DNA of 30,947 nucleotides, from IMG/VR virus record IMGVR_UViG_2534682078_000030; one strand, given 5' to 3'. Below are positions 1-6,575 of this stretch, one piece after another. A program made the position numbers and the translations under genes. Source of the DNA: a virus. Its lineage: Duplodnaviria > Heunggongvirae > Uroviricota > Caudoviricetes. The notes under the pieces were generated by a model. It was not told the origin of the DNA. It worked only from the letters and a program-made list of their open reading frames with translations, and made no database searches. Position 1 is the first letter of the stretch. Each line of letters starts with the position of its first letter.

Positions 1-22
1 GTATATTTATCTCATGGCTTGT

Positions 23-1000
23 TGAACCGCCCCGGGTTTCCTGGAGAGTGTTTTATCTGTGAACTCAGGCTGCCAGATCATCGTTTCCGATGGAAGCATA
101 ATAAGCTTTTTCTGCTTCTGCCGGAGGAGTATGGCCCAGCCTTCCCAGCAATCGTCGATTGTTATACCAGTCCACCCACGTTAGTGTGGCCAGTTCCACT
201 TCTGCACGGTTTTTCCAGCTCTTACGGTGTATTACCTCCGCTTTGTAAAGACCATTGATGCTCTCAGCCATCGCGTTGTCATACGAGTCGCCTGTACTCC
301 CTGTTGATGCCAGTAATCCGGCTTCTTTTAGTCGCTCCGTATAGGCCAGTGACACATACTGAGAGCCTTTATCGCTGTGATGGATGGTGCCAGACGGACG
401 ACGGGCCCACAACGCCTGCTCCAGCGCATCCAGCACGAATGTCGTTTCCATAGACGATGAGACCCGCCACCCCACGATGTATCCGGCAAACACATCAATG
501 ATAAACGCCACATAGACGAAGCCCTGCCATGTGCTGACGTAAGTAAAATCAGCCACCCACAGCTGGTCAGGTCGTTCTGCCACGAACTGACGGTTTACGC
601 GGTCGCCTGCGGCAACGGCTTTCCGGCTGATGGTCGTACGGACCTTTTTACCCCGGAGAACACCGGCAAGTCCCATAACCGCCATGTTACTGCGGCGCAG
701 TTCACGATTTTCACGTTCCAGCTCTTTCAGACGCTGACGTTCAGCGCTGGTGAGCCCACCATCACCGCCCCCGGTATCCCGCTCATGCTGGCGAACCCAG
801 ACACGCAGAGTCTCCGGCGTACAGCCAATCTTTGGGGCAATGGAACAAATTGCCGCCCACTGTGAGTCATATTCATCCTGACTTTCCAGAACCATACGAA
901 TCGCCCGCTGACGGACTTCGGGGGAAAAACGAGTATTTTTAGTCATCCTGTTTACCTCTTTCTCAGGGAGTTTAGTCTCCAGGATTTCCGGGGCGGTTCA
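23..1000 (-). mobile_element. IS3-family insertion sequence (IS629/IS1203-like), copy A, 978 bp, internally deleted
   Basis: Termini match copy B: TGAACCGCCCCGGGTTTCC from 23 (right end, reverse orientation) and GGATTTCCGGGGCGGTTCA ending at 1000 (left end). It is 332 bp shorter than the 1310-bp copy B; the junction at 685/686 joins orfA codons ...RRSN to orfB codons MAVMG. Flanking triplets TGT (20-22) and TTC (1001-1003) are not a direct repeat. Confidence 0.85.
65..946 (-). CDS. IS3-family transposase, in-frame OrfA-OrfB fusion created by the internal deletion (293 aa)
   Basis: First 86 aa are identical to OrfA of copy B ([19 protein letters not shown]...RELRRSN) and the remaining 207 aa are identical to the C-terminal part of OrfB of copy B ([14 protein letters not shown]...NDDLAA). 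The programmed-frameshift window and OrfB N-terminus are missing. Confidence 0.8.
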   Translation of the reverse strand: MTKNTRFSPEVRQRAIRMVLESQDEYDSQWAAICSIAPKIGCTPETLRVWVRQHERDTGGGDGGLTSAERQRLKELERENRELRRSNMAVMGLAGVLRGKKVRTTISRKAVAAGDRVNRQFVAERPDQLWVADFTYVSTWQGFVYVAFIIDVFAGYIVGWRVSSSMETTFVLDALEQALWARRPSGTIHHSDKGSQYVSLAYTERLKEAGLLASTGSTGDSYDNAMAESINGLYKAEVIHRKSWKNRAEVELATLTWVDWYNNRRLLGRLGHTPPAEAEKAYYASIGNDDLAA

Positions 1001-2412
1001 TTCAGGAGGACCGCCACGAGCTGGGCGATGACATAACTCCGCGTTTTAAGGCGGAGTATGTCGACGGCTCAAAAGGCACACCAACCAGCTACATCGCCAC
1101 CTACATCGGAAAGAACCTGGACAGCCGCGCCGTGGATGGCATCGACCCGAAAACGGGCAAGCCACGCGTTGACCACGAAACCGGAAAATCAATGGCCGAG
1201 AGCGTGGAGCGCGCCATCGGCTGGGCGCGCCTTCACCGGGTCCGTCAGTTCCAGTTCTTTGGCATCCCCTCCCGTCAGGTGTGGCGTGAACTGCGCCGCC
1301 TTGCCAGCCAGATGGCACGCAATCCGGAAGGCCCGCAACGGCTGAAAGATGATGCAATGGATGCGGTACTCGCTGCCGCCGATGCCGGGTGTTTTGCCAC
1401 CTACATTGAAAAACAGGGCGGCGTACTTGTTCCACGCAAAGACTACCTGATTCGCACCGCCTACGACCTCGCAGATGAGCTGAATGATTACGGCGAACAG
1501 AGCGTACAGATTTACGGGATCTGGTCACCACTCATCGGGGAATCCTCCCGTGTGTGCACGCATCCGGATAACTGGAAACTGGTAAGACGTAAACCGGAAA
1601 CGGAAGACAGCGCCCGCGAAAATGGTTTTGACCTTCAGGGCGGCCCTGCCGCCCCTTGGACTCGTGGCAATAACTGTCCCCGTGTACAGGAAACGGACAA
1701 CAACGGGGCAGAACAGCCGGAAGAACGGCCAGCACCGTGGCCGCAGCTCCCTGACGGCGTTGAAGTGAACGAATGGATGCGCTCACTGAAACGGCACGAA
1801 CGCCGGGCGCTGATGCGTTCGCTTCGTGACAAACAGGCAAAAAACAGCAGTGATGAAATGCAGAGCTGGACACAGAGCCGCAAACAGCAGCGGCCTTTGC
1901 CTGATAACCACGAATTACTCGCTAAAGAATGGCGGGAGTCTGCCGAATCTCTCGGCCTGCATATCGGTGAACAGCAGATGCAGCACCTGCTACGGGGCGG
2001 CAGCCTGTACGTTGACGGCAGCATCATTGCACCGCAGGGATATGAAATTGTACGCAAACCGGATACCCGCCCGGACAGCCGAATCACGCAGCTCTGGCAG
2101 CACCTGAGCCGTAATCACGGCGTAAGCAGCACGGAGATCCGCCATAACCCGGTCGCCAGCTATCTGGCACAGCTGGGGGCATCAGACCCCGAAGCCGCCG
2201 CACGCCTGGCATCCGCACTTCAGCAGGATCAGAACACCATGAAAACACCCGTTACCGTGCTTTCTGACATGCTGCGCGCCATCCGCGACGCAGAGCACGC
2301 ACAGAGAATCAGTGAAACCACTGAACGCGCCAGCCGCAAAGCAGACCTGCTGCAGGGTGGCCTGACCAGTGGAAACAAAAACAGACAGAAACGGGACTCA
2401 CGAATCCCGTAA
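1001..2412 (+). pseudogene. A: Replication initiator gpA-like (rolling-circle Rep with paired catalytic tyrosines), 5'-truncated by IS copy A
   Basis: Open frame starts at the IS boundary with no start codon (QEDRHELGDD...). It contains the Y-x3-Y motif SYIATYIGKN typical of the P2 A / phiX174 A nickase family and sits upstream of the Q-P / O-N-M-L head cluster as in P2-like phages. About 470 codons remain. Confidence 0.7.
2391..2410. repeat. 20-bp palindrome ACGGGACTCACGAATCCCGT, copy 1 of 2, overlapping the gene A stop
   Basis: Inverted arms ACGGGAYT / AATCCCGT read directly in the sequence; repeated 73 bp downstream. Confidence 0.6.
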
Positions 2413-2463
2413 ATGAGCAAAAAACGCGCAGCGATATATGAAGCGCGCACAAAACAGGCAAAA

Positions 2464-2483
2464 ACGGGATTTCAGAATCCCGT
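2464..2483. repeat. 20-bp palindrome ACGGGATTTCAGAATCCCGT, copy 2 of 2, about 35 bp upstream of parM
   Basis: Perfect 8-bp arms with a 4-bp spacer; both copies are followed by TAAA. Position is consistent with an operator or centromere-like site for the parM operon. Confidence 0.6.
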
Positions 2484-2517
2484 AAACGATTAATTAATCA
2501 ACATAAGGAAAAGCGAC

Positions 2518-3477
2518 ATGAAAATTTGTATCGACGACGGCTCCACCAACATCAAGCTGGCATGGACTGAGAACGGCGAACGCCGCAACGCCATCAGCCC
2601 GAACAGCTTCAAGTCGGAATGGTCTGCGCCGTTCGGTGGCACGCAGCCCGCGAACTACATGCTTGATGGCGTGCGCTATGGTTTTGATCCGGTCAGCGAT
2701 CGCTTTGTCCAGACGACCGACACGCAATACCAATACAGTGATGTGAATGTCATTGCCATTCATCACGCGCTGGTCAAATCAGGCATCACGCCACAGGAGG
2801 TGGATGTGGTTGTCACCCTGCCACTGAGCGAGTATTTCGACACAAACGCACAGCCGGACATAGCCAACATCAACCGCAAAAAAGCGAACGTTATGCGCCC
2901 GGTGGAGTACCAGAACGGCGAAGCATTCACTATCCGTAACGTGCGGGTTATGCCTGAATCCATTCCGGCTGGCTTTAAGGCACTGGCTGACATGAGTCCG
3001 TTTGAATCCCTGCTGATTGTGGATTTGGGCGGAACCACGCTGGATGTGGCAAAGGTTCAGGGGCAGCTGGCAGGTATCAGCCAGGTGTTTTGCGATCCAC
3101 ACGTAGGCGTTTCCCTGATGGCTGATGCCGTGCTGTCGGTGATGGCCACTAACGGTATGCGTACCAGTCACCACATCGCCAATACCATTATTGAGCACCG
3201 TCACGATGAAGCCTGGCTGCGCCAGCACATTCACAATGACGCGCATTACAACAGCCTGATGGCGGTTATTCGTGAAAAGGAGGAGACACTGAAACAACGA
3301 GTGATCCGCGCGCTGGCGGGTTTTTCCGGTTACGGGCGGGTGATGGTTGTCGGTGGAGGGGCGGAGATTGTGGCACCCGCTATCCGCGAAGCCTGCGGAG
3401 TTAATGCGACTTTCATCACGGACGGGGTGCCACATTTTGCTCTGGTTAATGGGCTGTACGCAATGAACAAGGAGTAA
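2518..3477 (+). CDS. parM: ParM/StbA-like actin-type plasmid segregation ATPase
   Basis: 319 aa; N-terminus ICIDDGSTNIKLAW...ISPNSFKSEW, then YSDVNVIAIHHAL, VMPESIPAG, LIVDLGGTTLD and VVGGGAEI align closely with my recollection of plasmid R1 ParM. SD AAGGAAAA precedes the ATG at 2518. Confidence 0.85.
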   Translation: MKICIDDGSTNIKLAWTENGERRNAISPNSFKSEWSAPFGGTQPANYMLDGVRYGFDPVSDRFVQTTDTQYQYSDVNVIAIHHALVKSGITPQEVDVVVTLPLSEYFDTNAQPDIANINRKKANVMRPVEYQNGEAFTIRNVRVMPESIPAGFKALADMSPFESLLIVDLGGTTLDVAKVQGQLAGISQVFCDPHVGVSLMADAVLSVMATNGMRTSHHIANTIIEHRHDEAWLRQHIHNDAHYNSLMAVIREKEETLKQRVIRALAGFSGYGRVMVVGGGAEIVAPAIREACGVNATFITDGVPHFALVNGLYAMNKE

Positions 3478-3481
3478 ACCA

Positions 3482-3793
3482 ATGACGACACCAACCAGAA
3501 GAATAAGTTTCTATCTGAAGCCAGCTGCCGTCAAGAACGAAGGAGAAGCATGCGCCTGGCTGGACAGCCTTACACCAGAAGCCCGCAAAAGCGGCCAACG
3601 CGTGGCTTTTCTGGCCGGGCTGGCACTTCTGAAGACGAATCCGGCAGAGGCTTACCGACTGGCCGCATGGGCTGATGATGAGATGTTACCTGTGACACAA
3701 ATCAGCTCAAAAAAGTTTGAAGCACAGTCTGCACCAGTGGCTAAGATAACCAGCCAGATGGCTGGGAATATCCGGGCGTTATTTCCTGAGTAA
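3482..3793 (+). CDS. parR: ParR/StbB-like centromere-binding adaptor
   Basis: 103 aa immediately after parM; RRISFYLKP...LDSLTPEARKSGQRVAFLAGLAL resembles the R1 ParR N-terminal ribbon-helix-helix region (RRTIAFKLNP...LDSIPQGERSRLNRAALTAGLAL). Confidence 0.7.
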   Translation: MTTPTRRISFYLKPAAVKNEGEACAWLDSLTPEARKSGQRVAFLAGLALLKTNPAEAYRLAAWADDEMLPVTQISSKKFEAQSAPVAKITSQMAGNIRALFPE

Positions 3794-3921
3794 AAGCATC
3801 TGCGCGAAAAATGCTCACATTTATAGAAACAGTATCATTCCATTTGGCGCACTTACTTCAATAATCGATCTGTTAAACAAATAGATTGTCTATTATCTAT
3901 CGATTAAAACGATCAATTATC

Positions 3922-3949
3922 TTGACAGTAATGTGCCTTTTTGTAAGAT
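3922..3949 (+). promoter_or_regulatory. Candidate sigma70 promoter TTGACA-16-TAAGAT
   Basis: Perfect -35 hexamer at 3922-3927, 16-bp spacer, -10 TAAGAT at 3944-3949, inside an AT-rich region with nested inverted repeats (TAATCGAT...ATCGATTA at 3861-3906). Sequence-only prediction. Confidence 0.4.
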
Positions 3950-4000
3950 CGTTCGCATTGTGAGCGACAAGATAATTGCGCGGCATTGTCCATGCAAAAC

Positions 4001-4026
4001 GCCCCAATAGCAGCAACTATTGGGGC
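4001..4026 (+). other. Stem-loop GCCCCAATAG-cagcaa-CTATTGGGGC (10-bp perfect stem, no U tract)
   Basis: Perfect inverted repeat read in the sequence, downstream of the candidate promoter. Confidence 0.4.
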
Positions 4027-4055
4027 GTAGAACTCGGTCGGACTCACTTAACCTG

Positions 4056-4140
4056 ATATGCGTGCCTTCCGAAGTAAATCAAAATGTGCGTCGTATATTT
4101 TATTGCTTACACGCACCTCTGTAAAGGCACGCATATTTTT
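4056..4140 (+). other. Long hairpin ATATGCGTGCCTT ... AAGGCACGCATAT with inner GTGCGT/ACGCAC stem, followed by TTTT; terminator/attenuator or structured RNA
   Basis: 13-bp arms at 4056-4068 and 4124-4136 enclose about 55 nt containing a second inverted repeat; the T run at 4137-4140 is directly before the SD and GTG start of the next ORF. Confidence 0.4.
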
Positions 4141-4157
4141 CCTATGAGGTAAATAAA

Positions 4158-4427
4158 GTGCGGGCTAAAACAGGTATTTGCAAGAACCCTCATCGTTATA
4201 ACCCAACATTTCTGTCTCTCCCTGAATATCAAGGACAAGAAGGTCGGCACAAATGCGCTGCCTGTGCTTTTGAGCTAGGCATAAAAGATGCGCTTGAAGG
4301 ACGCGCTATGGCTCAGAATGATTTAGTTTTAGCTAACATTCCGTTTAGCCAGGCTGGAACTGTAAGGCACAGAGATGCTTATGAAGCATATGTTCGTGGT
4401 TGGCGATTAATACACAGCAACAATTGA
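4158..4427 (+). CDS. Hypothetical 89-aa protein (GTG start), Cys-containing (HKCAACAFELG)
   Basis: ORF with SD GAGG 8 nt upstream of GTG and a strong intrinsic terminator directly downstream. I do not recognise a family. Confidence 0.5.
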   Translation: MRAKTGICKNPHRYNPTFLSLPEYQGQEGRHKCAACAFELGIKDALEGRAMAQNDLVLANIPFSQAGTVRHRDAYEAYVRGWRLIHSNN

Positions 4428-4435
4428 TATTTTTG

Positions 4436-4460
4436 AAGCGCCGATAAGGCGCTTTTTTTT
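4436..4460 (+). terminator. Rho-independent terminator AAGCGCC-gataa-GGCGCTT followed by T8
   Basis: GC-rich 7-bp stem and a run of 8 T, 9 bp after the stop codon at 4425-4427. Confidence 0.75.
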
Positions 4461-4989
4461 GTTTGCACGATAGTGCACAAGTTTGCACAATTTTTTTGAA
4501 CGACTTTTTGTACTTCCGGCCCGCGTGGCGGCTGGATCCGTCAAGGATCCGTACGTGCACAAAAAACGCGTTTTTTCTACGCGCAGGTGACGGGGGAACA
4601 GCCCGCGTTTCAGGGGGGTAAACAGCATTCCCTGAACGATGTCGCAGAGACACAACAGAATGGCCATATTTCTCACGCTGAGCATGAAAAAGGCGTGAGG
4701 GCTTTTGATTTGATGGGGTGAAAGGTAAGGCCGTCAAAATCGCACTGAGGCAGCGAGAACATACAGTCAACGCGGTGGGATTGCGTAAGAGTCTGACCGT
4801 CGATGGTGGCGATAAACTGGAAGGCGTCGTGAAATTATCTGATTGATACAGGAGCTGGAGAGCCGGGGCATAAATTTTTTATGCCCCGGCGAAGCAGCAG
4901 ACAAGCGAAGCGCGTCAGTGATGCGGCACCTTGCCGACCACACTTCATAAGTGCAAAATACGAGCAAAGAAATCAATGGAGGCTGTTTT

Positions 4990-5514
4990 ATGGTCATTAA
5001 TTACAAGCAGTTACGAGAAAAACGAGAGCAGGTAAAGGAAAGTTTTCGCCGCAATGAAGATCTGACCCCGCTTGTACACCTTGCTCAGGGAATTGTAGAT
5101 GCTTATGAAATCTCTCTGGAGCTGCCATCACAGACATGGACTGATAGCGACGGTAATCGCCAGCATTACGTTTCATGCGGACTGGAAACAACTGAAGGGT
5201 TTCGCAGAATGCCTTTATCTCAGATTCCTGCCTCTACCCCCAAAGCAAGGGGCGGCAATGATGAGCGAAAACTGATTTTCAGCATTGAGACAGTGGTTGA
5301 CGACACACCTGGCGAAGTCGCCTTCGTGCATACTCCTCTTTCGATCGCAATGTATAACGATGAAATACAGGTTCGCGTTAATAATAATATCGTGCCACTT
5401 AAAGAAGGTAATTCACCCTACACCACCGTTTGTGAAGCCATTCAATATTACGTTCTCTCTGAAATTGATAATCTCAAGCCTGACGGCACCCAGAAAATGG
5501 TTCAACTCTGGTAA
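4990..5514 (+). CDS. Hypothetical protein, about 174 aa, unknown function
   Basis: ATG at 4990 with GGAGG 7 nt upstream (the tracked ORF opens at 4951, but the start at 4990 has the SD). Terminated by a hairpin plus T run. No recognisable motif. Confidence 0.5.
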   Translation: MVINYKQLREKREQVKESFRRNEDLTPLVHLAQGIVDAYEISLELPSQTWTDSDGNRQHYVSCGLETTEGFRRMPLSQIPASTPKARGGNDERKLIFSIETVVDDTPGEVAFVHTPLSIAMYNDEIQVRVNNNIVPLKEGNSPYTTVCEAIQYYVLSEIDNLKPDGTQKMVQLW

Positions 5515-5519
5515 AAAGG

Positions 5520-5545
5520 ACAGCCCCATCACGGGGCTGTTTTTT
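5520..5545. terminator. Bidirectional intrinsic terminator ACAGCCCC-atcac-GGGGCTGT flanked by A5 and T6
   Basis: 8-bp GC-rich stem with a U tract on either strand; lies between the convergent 174-aa ORF and Q. The Q stop codon (5529-5531) is in the loop. Confidence 0.7.
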
Positions 5546-6575
5546 CATCAAGAAGAGCATAAGAATTAAAACGGATCACCTCTTCGCCAAGCCAGTCATT
5601 GATGTGCTTCATGGCCTCCATAACGGGCATCAGCTCGTTAATTGCATAAACCCGCGCGGCCTTCTCCACATCACCAAACGCACTTTTTTCGCCCGGCATC
5701 GCCCCCATCAGTTGCGGCGGAACACGGTGCGCAGCCAGCACATCATCACGGGATGCCGCCTTAACATTCATGAACTCATCTTTTGCGGTGATCTGCTGGA
5801 ACGGCAAAATTTGCACCCCCTCTTTGCCCCCGTTGGGCGCATGAATGAGCACGTTTTTAAATGCACCACTACCACGTGCACCCTGTAATGTTTCTTTCAG
5901 GGAGTCCATGCTTTCGCGGTTTACCTGCGCTGCACCGATGTAGATGATGCACCCGGCGTGGGATCCGTTGTCGTAATACAGTTTTCTGAACATGTCCGCC
6001 GAATGAGACAGGCTGGCCGAGAGTAATGCGCCGAGATATTCCGGCATGCCGTAGATTTCCTGGTTAATATCCGGATTCATCAGGTGGCACACTTTGCCAG
6101 GGCGAAACTGAAACGCGTCCTTGCCATCCTGCACATACCACCATGATTCAAGATCGCTTCCGCGTCGCATGTATTTCGCCAGTGCGTGCCGTAATTTAAG
6201 CGGTTCGCCGAGCATATTGCTTCGAAGCTCAAGGTATGCGTTACCGAACACAAACCAGTCCAGCGCCAGCGCCGAGAAATCCTGCCGGGAAAGCAGCGGG
6301 TGCGGAATATAGCAGCCGAGCAATACATTGCGCTTAAAGTAAAGCGCAGACTGATGCCAGGACGTTTGCCGGGCGGCTCTTGCCAGACCGTACCAGTCCA
6401 CCGGGGTTTCATACCACCGCCCGTTATCAGCACAGTACATATTGTCCAGCAAATCATGCCCGGTCAGGCGATAAGGACCATCAAAAGTGAATGCACTGAG
6501 CGACGATTCTTTCCTGAGCGCATCAGCGAGATCAATGCGTGAACTCATGCGCACTTTTTTATTTTTTCTGCTCAT
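5529..6575 (-). CDS. Q: Portal protein (P2 gpQ family)
   Basis: 348 aa, immediately downstream of and overlapping the terminase large subunit on the same strand, as in P2; length and position fit gpQ. Confidence 0.8.
   Translation of the reverse strand: MSRKNKKVRMSSRIDLADALRKESSLSAFTFDGPYRLTGHDLLDNMYCADNGRWYETPVDWYGLARAARQTSWHQSALYFKRNVLLGCYIPHPLLSRQDFSALALDWFVFGNAYLELRSNMLGEPLKLRHALAKYMRRGSDLESWWYVQDGKDAFQFRPGKVCHLMNPDINQEIYGMPEYLGALLSASLSHSADMFRKLYYDNGSHAGCIIYIGAAQVNRESMDSLKETLQGARGSGAFKNVLIHAPNGGKEGVQILPFQQITAKDEFMNVKAASRDDVLAAHRVPPQLMGAMPGEKSAFGDVEKAARVYAINELMPVMEAMKHINDWLGEEVIRFNSYALLDEKTAP

Noticed and set aside
1046-2107. Minus-strand and out-of-frame ORFs (161, 113, 150, 95, 93 aa) within the gene A remnant
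   Set aside because: Overlap the gpA-like reading frame, which carries the recognisable Y-x3-Y motif; Arg/Cys-rich translations characteristic of wrong-frame reading.
2779-3435. 218-aa minus-strand ORF overlapping parM
   Set aside because: Antisense to parM, whose translation has clear actin-fold motifs; no start signals.
4718-4846. 42-codon GTG-initiated plus-strand ORF (VKGKAVKIALRQREHTVNAVGLRKSLTVDGGDKLEGVVKLSD)
   Set aside because: No ATG and no convincing SD; too short to call without conservation evidence. Worth revisiting if homologues exist.
4345-4997. Minus-strand ORFs of 141, 92 and 76 aa across the palindrome-rich intergenic region
   Set aside because: They run through a strong plus-strand terminator and multiple palindromes, have no SD, and their translations are Arg/Cys/His-rich; more likely non-coding.
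4462-5546. P2/186-type cos site (19-nt cohesive end GGCGAGGCGGGGAAAGCAC or GGCGTGGCGGGGAAAGCAT) between the accessory genes and Q
   Set aside because: Read by eye, no close match found; the nearest GC-rich block (GTGACGGGGGAACAGCC at about 4589-4605) matches only about 12 of 19 positions. cos may be divergent or disrupted.
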